Positions 38,444-49,376 of a DNA stretch of 64,000 bases are shown here, one piece after another. Numbering within the stretch: the first letter of the stretch is position 1; the number at the start of each line of letters is the position of its first letter. The translations under genes and the position numbers were made by a program. The notes beneath the pieces were generated by a model, which saw only the letters and a list, made by a program, of their open reading frames with translations, was not told the DNA's origin and searched no databases. Source of the stretch: Planctomycetota bacterium (GTDB lineage Bacteria; Planctomycetota; SZUA-567; H5-PLA8); NCBI GenBank assembly GCA_016200135.1, contig JACQFI010000070.1, forward strand, positions 8,356 through 72,355. The letters are read 5' to 3'.

Positions 38444-38902
38444 GTGCCGTTATTTCGCGAAACGACCCCCGATGTGTGGAGCGTGAGCCCCGGGCGCCAC
38501 CAGGAAGTATTCGGCCTGCTGATTCTCTGCGCGGGCATCGCTTTGATCGGGATCACACTCCACGCCATGCTAAGTGGTCTGCTGGAGTTTGCGCTGCCGC
38601 TCATCGTGGGGCTGGGCCTGGGCGCGGTGGGCGTCGAGTTCTTTCTGTGCACGGACCGGTTCGTCTTCGACCGCACGACCAAGACGGTCTTCTTTAAGCG
38701 ACCCTACCGGCGCACGGTGGCGTGGGACTTCAAGAGCCTTCAAAAAGTTGAACTGGTGAACGCGCCGGGCGGGAACAGCGACGCGGAACTGATCTTTCAG
38801 GACGGACGGCGGGCGTTTCTCGCGCGTGCGCCGAAGCCGGCGATGCTTGCTCAGGCGAAACGGCTCGCGGAGTTCGCGGGCATCGGGCTCGAAGAGAAGT
38901 AG
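38444..38902 (+). CDS. Small membrane protein (two TM helices), hypothetical
   Basis: Hydrophobic segments VFGLLILCAGIALIGITL and LEFALPLIVGLGLGAVGVEFFL. Follows the TPR gene after a 6-bp gap. Confidence 0.5.
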   Translation: MPLFRETTPDVWSVSPGRHQEVFGLLILCAGIALIGITLHAMLSGLLEFALPLIVGLGLGAVGVEFFLCTDRFVFDRTTKTVFFKRPYRRTVAWDFKSLQKVELVNAPGGNSDAELIFQDGRRAFLARAPKPAMLAQAKRLAEFAGIGLEEK

Positions 38903-38910
38903 GCTGGACG

Positions 38911-39732
38911 TTAAGCGTGCTTGCCGTGCGCGGCGTCGGCGAGCGCTTGGACCTGCGCGCCGATCGCTTTCACGAGTTTTTCGCCCGTGTTTCCCGCTTT
39001 CACCAGCTCGGCGATCTGCTTCACCAGGGCGCTGCCGACGATCACGCCGTGGGCGATCGTGCCCACCGCCGCGGCCTGCTCGGGCGTGCTGACGCCGAAG
39101 CCGACGCAGACGGGCGTCCGCGTGCGGCCGCGCAGGTCTTTCACGTTCGCTTCAAGGTCCGGCGGCAAGGCCATGCGCGTGCCGGTGATGCCCGCGACCG
39201 AGATGTAGTAGATGAAACCGGTGCTGCGCTGCGCGATCAGGGCGCGGCGCTCGGGCGGTGTGGTGGGCGCGCAGAGGAAGACCAGGTCGAGGCCCTTGGC
39301 CGCGGCGACGCGTGCGGCGTCGCCTTCGTAGCCGGCGGGCAGATCGGGCACGATCATGCCGTCGAAGCCGCTCTCCTTGGCTGCGCCGAAGAACGCATCC
39401 AGGCCGCGGTGGAAGACGAGCGAGTCGCTGACCATGCAGAGCAGCGGCGTCTTGAGGCCGTCCTGGCGCAGCGCGCGGGCGAGCTCGAAGACTTGCTCGA
39501 CCTTGAAGCCCTTGTCGAGCGCGCGGTAGTAGCTCGCCTGGATCACCGGCCCGTCGGCGATGGGATCGCTGAAGGGCACGCCGATCTCGATTAGGTCCGC
39601 GCCGCGCGCGGCGGCCTCGCGGACCAGGGCCGCGGTCGTGCCGAGGTCGGGATCGCCCGCCGTGAAGAAGGGGATGAAGGCGGCGTGCTTCAGGGAGGCG
39701 AAGGTCTGTTGAATGCGCGTGACGGTGCTCAA
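38911..39732 (-). CDS. trpA: Tryptophan synthase alpha chain
   Basis: AFIPFFTAGDPDLGTT...GADLIEIGVPFSDPIADGPVIQ, canonical TrpA. Confidence 0.9.
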   Translation of the reverse strand: MSTVTRIQQTFASLKHAAFIPFFTAGDPDLGTTAALVREAAARGADLIEIGVPFSDPIADGPVIQASYYRALDKGFKVEQVFELARALRQDGLKTPLLCMVSDSLVFHRGLDAFFGAAKESGFDGMIVPDLPAGYEGDAARVAAAKGLDLVFLCAPTTPPERRALIAQRSTGFIYYISVAGITGTRMALPPDLEANVKDLRGRTRTPVCVGFGVSTPEQAAAVGTIAHGVIVGSALVKQIAELVKAGNTGEKLVKAIGAQVQALADAAHGKHA

Positions 39733-39760
39733 GATATCTATTCCGCTCCAAAGGCTTCGG

Positions 39761-40981
<1,221 letters not shown>

Positions 40982-41073
40982 CGTGGTTCATCCTTGCAGA
41001 GCCGGAGAGACAGCGTACGGGCGGAGGCGGTTCGAGGCAAGTTGAGCAGGAGAGGCGAAGGGTAAAAAAAATG

Positions 41074-41111
41074 GGACCCCCTGGGGAAGGGGAGTCCCAC
41101 GGGAGAACGAG
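41074..41111 (-). terminator. Strong rho-independent terminator on the minus strand (gtgggactccccttccccagggggtccca followed by T8)
   Basis: The plus strand reads aaaaaaaatgggaccccctggggaaggggagtcccac, 295 bp downstream of the methyltransferase stop. Confidence 0.7.
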
Positions 41112-41405
41112 GCATGCCGGGCAAGGCATACCCCTTAGGGCACTCCGTCAGCACTACCTACCTGTGCAGCACAGCATCCTTCGTACGATCCGTAAATACA
41201 TTCTGGCAATTTACTGGCCATTACGAGCGTTAAATGGCTGCCGCGATAAACCATTCAAGACACGAAGGTTGTCAATAATGAGAAAAGCGCATGGAACGAG
41301 TGCCTTACAATCTTTGTCACTCCGCCTTGACGAAGATTGTCAGCGGCACAGAAGGTCGTTGCAAAAAGGTATAAGCATAGACAATTGCTGTTTATTGGGC
41401 AGCGC

Positions 41406-42056
41406 TCAACGGCCGGCGGGCTCAAAGCAGAGGTGCCGCACCCGTGCAGGCGGGAGGTTGATCGGCACGATGATCGACTTGACCTGATGAGCGCGCGAGA
41501 ATGCCTCGACCACTGCGCTGACGCCGTTGAGGCGCGTGCGGCGCTCCTTCCCGACGAAGGGCGCCTGGAGCCTGCGGATGGCGACGTACTCGAAGTAGGA
41601 GAGCGTGCCGCCCGGCTTGAGCAGGCTGCGGAAGTGTTCCAGGAAGCCGCGGACTTCTTCAGCGGAGAAGTTGTTGAAGGGCAGCCCCGAGACGATGGCG
41701 TCGAACGTGGGCTTGGCGGGCAGTTCGCGGATATCGCCTTGATGGAGCTGAATGTGCTTGCGCATGGGCGCAAAGGCCGCGTCGGACTCGATGCGCCGCC
41801 GCAGATGCGCGACGAAATCGGGGTTGATCTCCCAGAGGTCCAACTGGCCCTGGCCGTTCATGCGCTTGGCGAGGGCCGCTGTGAAAGGCCCGGTTCCGGG
41901 GCCGACTTCGAGCACGCGGAAATGCTTTGGGAAATAGCCCTTCTTCGGCAACAGTTTGACGATGGCGCGCCCCAAAAAGGGGCTGCTGGGGGCGATGGCG
42001 CCCGTGGTGCGAAACGATTTCAGGGTCTGCTTAAAGAACGCGACCGGCTCGCGCAT
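41406..42056 (-). CDS. Class I SAM-dependent methyltransferase (PmtA/RsmA-like small MTase)
   Basis: Motif I VLEVGPGTGPFT. Post-motif FDAIVSGLPFNNF. The start is at MREPVAFF; the ORF extends to 42194. Confidence 0.7.
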   Translation of the reverse strand: MREPVAFFKQTLKSFRTTGAIAPSSPFLGRAIVKLLPKKGYFPKHFRVLEVGPGTGPFTAALAKRMNGQGQLDLWEINPDFVAHLRRRIESDAAFAPMRKHIQLHQGDIRELPAKPTFDAIVSGLPFNNFSAEEVRGFLEHFRSLLKPGGTLSYFEYVAIRRLQAPFVGKERRTRLNGVSAVVEAFSRAHQVKSIIVPINLPPARVRHLCFEPAGR

Positions 42057-42414
42057 ACCTGACCTCTCTCGGTTATGCCGCTGTGCAGACGATTCGGCGC
42101 CCAACCCTAAAGGCAGCGCCTTGGATAACCAAGTCGAATCCGTCCGCCGCGACCGCTTTATTCCCCAAGGCATGCATGGGCCTGCATGGCTCATTCAGCG
42201 ACTTCGCACGTCTCTTTCGGTTGAGATCGACAAACCGTGAGGTATTATCTTTATATGGTTCTTTGCGGAATCCGCCTGCCCGCGCGCCTCGAACTGACTC
42301 TGCCCGGAGTCGATCCGGGATGCGGGTTCCCTCCGCTTGCCTGAGCGAGCGTTCGCCGTTTCACCGTTCCCCGCATTGCCAAGTTAAGAAAATTCCGGCC
42401 CGAAAGGCTCCGCG

Positions 42415-43443
42415 ATGCCGCCGCTGGCCCCCGCGCCCGACCCAAACGCCACGCCCGCGCACGCCTGGGGGCTCTTTGCCCTGCTGGTGCTGGGCATGCT
42501 CGCGCTGGACCTGTTCGTCTTCAACCGCCGCGCGCATATCCGGGGCGTGCGCGACGCGGCGATTTGGTGCGGCGTGTGGGTCGCGCTGGCGCTGGGGTTC
42601 GGCGTCTGTGTATACGAATGGAAGGGCGAGCATGCCGCGGTGGACTTCGCCACGGCCTACTGCGTCGAACAGGCGCTCTCGGTGGACAACCTGTTCATTT
42701 TCCTGATCATCTTCCGATACTTCGGCGTGCCGACGGTTTTCCAGCACCGCGTGTTGTTCTGGGGCGTGCTGGGGGCGCAGGTGCTGCGCGGCATCATGAT
42801 CTTTGCCGGCGTGGAACTGATCCAGCGCTTCCACGCGGTGCTCTTTCTCTTCGCGGGCTTCCTGATCTTCACCGGGATCAAGCTCTTCTTTGGCGACGAC
42901 GCGAGCCACGATCCGTCCAAGACGTGGGCCTTCCGCATCTGCAAGAAACTCATGCCCATGACGGACAGGTTCCACGAAGAGCGCTTCACGATCGTGGAAG
43001 CCGGCAAGCGGCTGGCGACGCCGCTCCTGCTGGTGCTGGTGGTCATCGAGGCCACCGACCTGGCGTTCGCGGTGGACTCGATCCCGGCCTGCCTGGCGAT
43101 CTCGAAGGACGCCTTTGTGGTGTACACGTCGAACATCTTCGCGGTGATGGGCCTGCGGGCGTATTACTTTCTGCTGGCGGGCATGATGAGTTCGCTGCGC
43201 TTCCTCAAGCCGGCGCTCTCGATCATCCTGGTGTTCATCGGCGCCAAAATGATCCTGGCGGAAGGCTGGGACTGGAAGATGGACAACAAGATCTCGCTGG
43301 GGATCGTGGCGGGCATTCTGGCGCTCTCGGTGCTCCTGTCGCGCCTGCTTCCCGGCAAGCCGCCCGCGCCCGCGCCGATGACGACCCTACCCTCCAGCGC
43401 CGATCTTCCTTCCACCGCCCGGCCGCCCGAAGCGCAGCTATAA
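42415..43443 (+). CDS. TerC-family integral membrane protein (Alx/YkoY-like, putative Mn2+ or redox-stress exporter)
   Basis: Seven or more TM helices with conserved TerC segments SVDNLFIFLIIF and LAFAVDSIPA. Confidence 0.85.
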   Translation: MPPLAPAPDPNATPAHAWGLFALLVLGMLALDLFVFNRRAHIRGVRDAAIWCGVWVALALGFGVCVYEWKGEHAAVDFATAYCVEQALSVDNLFIFLIIFRYFGVPTVFQHRVLFWGVLGAQVLRGIMIFAGVELIQRFHAVLFLFAGFLIFTGIKLFFGDDASHDPSKTWAFRICKKLMPMTDRFHEERFTIVEAGKRLATPLLLVLVVIEATDLAFAVDSIPACLAISKDAFVVYTSNIFAVMGLRAYYFLLAGMMSSLRFLKPALSIILVFIGAKMILAEGWDWKMDNKISLGIVAGILALSVLLSRLLPGKPPAPAPMTTLPSSADLPSTARPPEAQL

Positions 43444-43607
43444 AATTCCGATCTATTGAAAACGTGCGGTCGCGCCTGGAATTCCCACCTTAAGGAAGGG
43501 GATACAGGGAGGTAACGCCTTCAACGCCTAAAACTCCCCTTACCCCTCCTTACATAAGGAGGGGATTTCAACAGAGTCTAAATTTCCAGGCAAAGGCCGG
43601 ATGGCGT

Positions 43608-45173
43608 TCAGGCGCCCGCGAGGACGGCGGTGGAAGATGCGTCCGCGATCTTATAGCAGCCGCTGTCGAAGAAGAGCTTCACCAATTCGGGCATGATCTT
43701 GAAATGCGCGGCCTCTTCTTCAGTGAGGATGCGCACGGCGACTTCGTGGGGCATGGCCTTCTTGTAGGGGCGGTCGGACGAGGTGAGCGCGTCGTAGATG
43801 TCGGCCACGCACATCACCTGCCCGTCGAAGTGGATCTCGTCGCCCTTCAGCTTGCGCGGATAGCCGCTGCCGTCGCGCTTTTCGTGATGCGTGTAGGCCA
43901 CTTCAGGCAGCTCGCGCAGCTCCTTGGGCCAGGGGATGCGGATGAGCATCTCGTAGCTTTTGGTGACGTGGCTGCGCATGTCCACCCATTCGGCCTCGGT
44001 GAGGTTGCCTTTGCGCACGGAGAGGTTGACGTGCTCCTCCTCCGTGAGCCAACCTTTGTCCAGTAGAGCCTTAAGTTTCGCGAGGTCTTCGTCCGAGACG
44101 AAGCCGCACTTGTTCTTGGCTTCGACGAGCGCGAGCGCGGCGTCGATGTCCCGGACGAGCGGCTCGAATTCGGCCGCGAGCAGCGGGGCGGGAGCGCTCT
44201 TTTCGGCCGCGGCGCGTTCGAGCAGGGCAATCTTCTTCTCCGCCAGCTTCAGGCGCAGCCGTGAACGGATCAGGTCGACGTTGCCGGCAGGGAGTTTATC
44301 GGCCTTGCAGAGGATGTACTCGCGGACGCCGATCTTGCCTACGTCGTGGAGCAGCCCCGCGAAGCGCAGTTGGCGGAAGCGTTCGCGGGTGTATTTGATC
44401 TTGTCGAACGGCGGCTGGTCGCACGCGTGGACGGCGCGGGCCAGATTGAGCGAGTACTGGGTGACGCGGCGCGAGTGGCCGCTGGTGCAGGGGTCGCGCG
44501 AGTCGATGGCGAGGCTGACGGCGGTGACGATGGCCTCGAAGAGCGCGTCCATGTCGCGGTAGAGTTTGGCGTTTTCGAGAAAGACGGCGGCGAGGCCCGC
44601 GAGCGCGGAGAGAAAAGTCTCGTCCGTGTTGTCGAAGGGGATCGGCGCGCCGCGCTCGTTGCGGTTGTTGAGGCACTGGATGACGCCGAGCAGGTCGCCG
44701 CGGCGGTCGTGGAGGGGCATGGCCAGCACCGAGCGCGTGCGGAAGCCGGTCTGCATGTCGACCTGCTTGTTGAAGCGCGGGTCCGTGTAGGCGTCGGGGA
44801 CGTTGACGGTCTCGCCCGTGCGCGCGACGTGGCCGATGAGGCCCACGTCGGACGGGACGCGGATCTTGCGGAAGTCCAGCCCCTGGGCCACGAGGGAGTA
44901 GAGCTCGTTCTTCTCGCGGTCGAGCAGAAAGAGGCTGGAGCGCTCGCAGTTCATCATGCGCGAGGCGCGTTCGACGATCAGGCCCATGAGAAGATCGAGG
45001 GAGATCTCGGTGCCGAGGTCGCGGACGGTCTCGAGCAGGAGGTGGAGTTTCTCGATCTCCTGTTCCTGGACCTGGGCCTGTTCGGCCAGGGAGGCGCCGG
45101 GGGAGATCGGGAGCAGGCGCTGGGAACGATTCTTAGGCCGAACCCGCGTCTCGCCGGAAGGGTTGGCGTTCAT
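43608..45173 (-). CDS. GAF-domain HD-GYP phosphohydrolase (putative c-di-GMP phosphodiesterase)
   Basis: N-terminal GAF (SLFLLDREKNELYS...). HD motif GLLHDVGKIG. HHEKRDGSGYP is an HD-GYP signature. Confidence 0.85.
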   Translation of the reverse strand: MNANPSGETRVRPKNRSQRLLPISPGASLAEQAQVQEQEIEKLHLLLETVRDLGTEISLDLLMGLIVERASRMMNCERSSLFLLDREKNELYSLVAQGLDFRKIRVPSDVGLIGHVARTGETVNVPDAYTDPRFNKQVDMQTGFRTRSVLAMPLHDRRGDLLGVIQCLNNRNERGAPIPFDNTDETFLSALAGLAAVFLENAKLYRDMDALFEAIVTAVSLAIDSRDPCTSGHSRRVTQYSLNLARAVHACDQPPFDKIKYTRERFRQLRFAGLLHDVGKIGVREYILCKADKLPAGNVDLIRSRLRLKLAEKKIALLERAAAEKSAPAPLLAAEFEPLVRDIDAALALVEAKNKCGFVSDEDLAKLKALLDKGWLTEEEHVNLSVRKGNLTEAEWVDMRSHVTKSYEMLIRIPWPKELRELPEVAYTHHEKRDGSGYPRKLKGDEIHFDGQVMCVADIYDALTSSDRPYKKAMPHEVAVRILTEEEAAHFKIMPELVKLFFDSGCYKIADASSTAVLAGA

Positions 45174-45784
45174 GCGCGGCCGTCCCGCTTCAAGAGGTCG
45201 CTCAGGCGCGGGACCTCCGCTGCGGGCGCGGGGGCCTGGCGCGCGAGATCGACGACGTTCTTCTTTTCGCCCCAGAAGACCGGATCATTCGGGCCGAGGC
45301 CGCGGGCCTCGCGCTCGCGCCGGATGCGTTCGTTGGCTTCGACCCACTGCGGCGGCGCGCCGGGGCCGCGCGCGCGGATCTTTTCGCGCGTCTGAGGGCT
45401 CACGTCCAGGTCGTCGGCGTAGCCGTCGAACTCGCGCCAGCGGCCCTGCCAGGTCCAGGATTCCACCGCTGGCCGGTAGCCCGGCGGCGCGAACTTCGGG
45501 ACGTAGCCACAGTCTTCGGGAAAGGCGCTGACTTGCATGCCCTGCTCCACATTCAGGCAGTGCGGATTCTTCTCGAAGCGTTCCTCGTAAACCGTGCAGA
45601 GATTGGTCTGGGTGTCGAGGAACTCGCAGGGAAAGGGCGTGATGAAGACGGTGGGTCCGATGATCACCTTCTTATAGCAGCATTTGCCGCATTGGGTGCA
45701 GAGGCCCTCGTGTTCGGAATTGCGGTCCGTCGAATGCCGGGGGTCGGGCTTGGATTTGCCGTCCGGGCTGAACATAACGGCCAT
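45170..45784 (-). CDS. YkgJ-family (UPF0153) CxxCxxCC zinc/iron-chelating domain protein, translationally coupled to the HD-GYP gene
   Basis: CTQCGKCC motif plus a downstream C...C cluster. Its stop overlaps the downstream start by 4 nt. Confidence 0.7.
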   Translation of the reverse strand: MAVMFSPDGKSKPDPRHSTDRNSEHEGLCTQCGKCCYKKVIIGPTVFITPFPCEFLDTQTNLCTVYEERFEKNPHCLNVEQGMQVSAFPEDCGYVPKFAPPGYRPAVESWTWQGRWREFDGYADDLDVSPQTREKIRARGPGAPPQWVEANERIRREREARGLGPNDPVFWGEKKNVVDLARQAPAPAAEVPRLSDLLKRDGRA

Positions 45785-45882
45785 CTCCGCGCAGCGATAC
45801 CGCAGGCATCTTAACCCCGCCTCGAACGGCTTACCACGGATTTTGTCCGCTCCACCGCCTTGATGCAGGCGCAGCGAGGGCT

Positions 45883-46314
45883 ATGCTGGCAGGGCTCGTG
45901 GTGGTGCTCGGCACGCGCACGCGGTCCGGCAATGGGGGAATCCCAGTGGCATTCGTCATACGAACCGGCGAAGGCGGCGTTACCGTGCTGGACCTGGACG
46001 GCGAACTGGATCGGCACCTAGGCGTGCGCGAATTGCACCGGGCCATTGCCAAGGTGAAGCCGACGGCTTCCATGCGCCTGGTGATGAACTTTAAGAGCGT
46101 GACCTATATCTGCAGCGAGGCCGTGGGCATGGTCTGCCTGCTGGCGGAAGAAGTGCGCAAGGCGGGCGGCGCGGCGGCCTGTTGCGCGGTGGCGGGCCTG
46201 CCCAAGGACGTGTTCGAGATCCTGGGCGTTTCAAAAATTCTCGCGCTGCACGAGACCGAACGCGAGGCCTGCTCGGCCGTGCTGCAAGGTCCGGGCGGCG
46301 GCCGAAAGAAGTAA
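45883..46314 (+). CDS. STAS-domain protein (anti-sigma-factor antagonist SpoIIAA-like)
   Basis: VTVLDLDGELDRHLGVRELHRAI...VMNFKSVTYICSEAVGMV is the STAS fold pattern. The exact start is uncertain. Confidence 0.65.
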   Translation: MLAGLVVVLGTRTRSGNGGIPVAFVIRTGEGGVTVLDLDGELDRHLGVRELHRAIAKVKPTASMRLVMNFKSVTYICSEAVGMVCLLAEEVRKAGGAAACCAVAGLPKDVFEILGVSKILALHETEREACSAVLQGPGGGRKK

Positions 46315-46348
46315 GCGCGCGCCCGCGCGCTACGCGCGTGCCTTCGAA

Positions 46349-47113
46349 CTACGCGCGCGCATCCTGTTCCTTGCCTGCCGTGCCGAGCGGGAGGTAAACC
46401 GCGGCGGTGCGATTGCGCGCCGAACCGGTGACCTCCAGAAAACCTTCGTGCTGCCGGGCGAGATGGTCCACGACCGTGAGCGCCATGCCGCTGCCGCGCT
46501 TGCGGGACGAGACGAAAGGTTCGTACGACATCTTCTCTTCCGAGCCGTGGGGATCGACGAGCCGGACGGCGAGGCGCACGAAACGGCCCGGCCGGGCACC
46601 TGCGTGCCGCGCCGCGGCCTCCGCTTCGACGTCCATCGGTTGCGCGTCCAGTTCGACCGCCCCGTTCTCGCCGAGGTGTTCGCGGGCGTGCTGCAGCAGG
46701 TTGAGCAGGATCTGTTCCACCTGCACGGGATCGGCCATCATGAACGTGGGGCCGTGCGTTACGTGCGCACGGAACTCCTGGCGCGGTCCTAACAGGGCGC
46801 GGGCATTGTCCGAGATGTTCCCCGCGAGCACGCTGACGTCGAAGCGCACGCGTTTCAGATCGTCCTGGCGCGCGAGCACCAGAATCTGGCGCACTTGGGC
46901 CGCGGCCTTGTCGGAGGCGTCGGCAATCTGGCTGAACAAGGCGTTCAATTTCGGATCCGGGCTTGCGGCCTGGCCCATCTGCGCGCGGCCCATGATGACG
47001 GTCAGCAGATTGTTGAGATCATGAGCGAGGCCGCAGGCCAGTTTCCCGGCCACGATAAGTTTGTCCGCCTGGTCCGCATTTGAGGGGCGTTCGAGTTCCT
47101 TATTTGCCGTCAT
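46349..47113 (-). CDS. Sensor-less histidine kinase core (HisKA plus HATPase_c)
   Basis: H-box LACGLAHDLNNLLTVI. N-box and G-box in the C-terminal half (GSGMALTVV). No TM or sensor domain. Confidence 0.8.
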   Translation of the reverse strand: MTANKELERPSNADQADKLIVAGKLACGLAHDLNNLLTVIMGRAQMGQAASPDPKLNALFSQIADASDKAAAQVRQILVLARQDDLKRVRFDVSVLAGNISDNARALLGPRQEFRAHVTHGPTFMMADPVQVEQILLNLLQHAREHLGENGAVELDAQPMDVEAEAAARHAGARPGRFVRLAVRLVDPHGSEEKMSYEPFVSSRKRGSGMALTVVDHLARQHEGFLEVTGSARNRTAAVYLPLGTAGKEQDARA

Positions 47114-47277
47114 CTAGTTACTCCTCCGCCATGCTGCCGTTCCAGGGAGTTGGATTGGATCAATTAGATCGCGGGCGCGATAATTATATGTCGAAAAGAT
47201 ACAATAATTCTTTACCAAACCAAATGGATTGAATCAGGTTTGTTTATTTTATTTCATTTTGTGGCTAGGAAATGGTG

Positions 47278-48552
47278 CTACTCATGTGCGGCACGGCGCA
47301 ATATATCGATCGCGGCGTTCGCCGCACGTTCACGGAATATATTCCTGTCCAGGCCGGCATAATGGAACCTATGGGCCTGAACGCCTTTGGCCGAAGCAAG
47401 ACCCACGAAAAAGAGGCCGACGGGCTTCTCTTCGGTGCCGCCGTCCGGGCCGGCGATGCCGGTTATGCTCACGCCCAGGTCGGAGCCCGTACGCCGGCGG
47501 ATGCCTTCCGCCAGTTCGCGCGCGGTCTGCTCCGAGACGGCTCCGTGTTCGGCCAACGTTGCTTCATGCACGCCACACGTGCGCGTCTTGGCGGCATTGG
47601 AGTACACGACGGCGCCTTCTAAAAGGACCGAACTGATCCCGGGCACTCCGCCTAAAAGGGCGGTCGCCAGGCCCGCGGTGCAGCTTTCCGCCAACGCCAC
47701 CGTCTTCTTGCGCTCGATCAGGAGCCGGCCAGTGGCCTCGGCGAGGGACTCGTCGTCTTCGCTGTAGAGGCCCTCTTGCAAGGCTTCGCGCACGCGCTGG
47801 ACGGCCGGCGTCAGCATGGTCTCGGCCGCGGCCTTGGACAGCGCGCGCGCTACGATACGGACGACGCAACACCCGCCGCTGACGCGCGTGCCCACGTCGG
47901 GATTGTTCCCGTGGCCCATCAGGTCCTTCAAGCGTTCGCCGATGCGCGATTCGGGGATGCAGTACGCCGCGAGGTGCCGGATCTCGATGGCCTCGCCGCG
48001 CGTGTAGTGCTCCTTCAGGAACGGGAGCACCCAGGTACCGTAGATGCCCTTCATCTCGCGGGGGACGCCGGCCATGAGGAAGACGTGCTTGCCGTCGGGG
48101 GTCGAGTAGCGCACGCCCGGCGCGGTGCCCCAGTCGTTGCGCAGCACGTGTGCGCCCTGCGGCAGCAGGGCCTGCTTGCGGTTCGAGCCGCTGAGCTGGT
48201 CTTTGGGGCGTTTGAGGCGCGCGGCCATCTGATCGAGGACGACCTCGCGGTGCTCGAGCGGGACGCCGAAGACCTTGGCGACGGCTTCCATGGTCAGGTC
48301 GTCGTCGGTGGGGCCGAGACCGCCTGTGGCGATGACGACATCGGAACGCGAGAGCGCGAGCTTGAAGGCGGCGACGATCTCGTCCATCTCGTCGCCGCAG
48401 GTCTGATAGTGCCCGACGCTCAGGCCCAGCGGCACGAGGCGTTCGGCCATGTAGGGGCCGTTGGTATCGACGATCTCGCCGAGCAGGAGTTCGTCGCCGA
48501 TGGAGAGGATCTCCGCGCGCGCCGCGCCGGTGGTATGAGCCATGGTGGGCAT
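47278..48552 (-). CDS. cinA: CinA-family protein (competence/damage-inducible; NMN deamidase PncC domain)
   Basis: N-terminal MocF-like region AEILSIGDELLLGEIVDTNG. C-terminal CinA domain TVALAESCTAGLATALLGGVPG. Confidence 0.85.
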   Translation of the reverse strand: MPTMAHTTGAARAEILSIGDELLLGEIVDTNGPYMAERLVPLGLSVGHYQTCGDEMDEIVAAFKLALSRSDVVIATGGLGPTDDDLTMEAVAKVFGVPLEHREVVLDQMAARLKRPKDQLSGSNRKQALLPQGAHVLRNDWGTAPGVRYSTPDGKHVFLMAGVPREMKGIYGTWVLPFLKEHYTRGEAIEIRHLAAYCIPESRIGERLKDLMGHGNNPDVGTRVSGGCCVVRIVARALSKAAAETMLTPAVQRVREALQEGLYSEDDESLAEATGRLLIERKKTVALAESCTAGLATALLGGVPGISSVLLEGAVVYSNAAKTRTCGVHEATLAEHGAVSEQTARELAEGIRRRTGSDLGVSITGIAGPDGGTEEKPVGLFFVGLASAKGVQAHRFHYAGLDRNIFRERAANAAIDILRRAAHE

Positions 48553-48626
48553 GCTCCGTGGGCCTTGAAGCGTCTCGAAACCAGAATAGTCCCTGGCGGG
48601 GAAATGCCAGTGCGGAAGAAGGCCGG

Positions 48627-49340
48627 CTAGGCGTAGGCGATGGGGTCGGGCATGCCGGCTTCGAGAAAGCCTTTGCGGCGCAGCAGGCAGGAGTCGCAGC
48701 GCCCGCAGGCCCGCCAGCGCATGCGGCCCTTGACCGTCCGCGCGACAGGATCGTAGCAGGAATGCGTGAGTCCGAAGTCCACGCCCAGCCTGGCGCCGAG
48801 GCGGACGATGCGCGCTTTGTTTAGGCGGATCAGCGGCGTGTGAATCCGGAAGCGCGAGCGACCTTCTATGCCCGCCTTGGTGGCGACCCGGGCGAGCCGT
48901 TCGAACGCGCGCACAAAGGCGGGGCGGCAGTCCGGGTAGCCGCTGTAATCCAGCGCGTTCACACCGATCACTATGTCCGCAGCGCTTTGAACTTCCGCCA
49001 AGCCCAGCGCCAGTGCGAGAAAGACCGTGTTCCGCGCCGGAACGTAGGTCACCGGAATGCCGTGCGCGATGGAATTCCATGAGCGCGCCTTCGGGACGCG
49101 GATGGCGCGGTCGGTGAGCGCGGACCCGCCGATGCGGTCGAGTTCGACGGAGATCTCCACGTGCTTGCGCACACCCAGGTGCCGGGCGACGCGGCGCGCG
49201 GCGAGGATCTCGGCGGCGTGGCGCTGTCCGTAGAGGACGGTCAAGGCAACGAGGCGCAGGCCCCGCTTTTTCGCCCAGGCGCCCGCCGTGGCGCTGTCCA
49301 AACCGCCCGAGAGCAACAGAATGGCCGTTCGCTGTTTCAT
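48627..49340 (-). CDS. queC: 7-cyano-7-deazaguanine synthase QueC
   Basis: PP-loop [14 protein letters not shown]-terminal zinc site CYDPV...CGRCDSC. Confidence 0.9.
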   Translation of the reverse strand: MKQRTAILLLSGGLDSATAGAWAKKRGLRLVALTVLYGQRHAAEILAARRVARHLGVRKHVEISVELDRIGGSALTDRAIRVPKARSWNSIAHGIPVTYVPARNTVFLALALGLAEVQSAADIVIGVNALDYSGYPDCRPAFVRAFERLARVATKAGIEGRSRFRIHTPLIRLNKARIVRLGARLGVDFGLTHSCYDPVARTVKGRMRWRACGRCDSCLLRRKGFLEAGMPDPIAYA

Positions 49341-49376
49341 GTCTGAACCTATCGCGGGAAGAGGAGAGAGGGCGGG

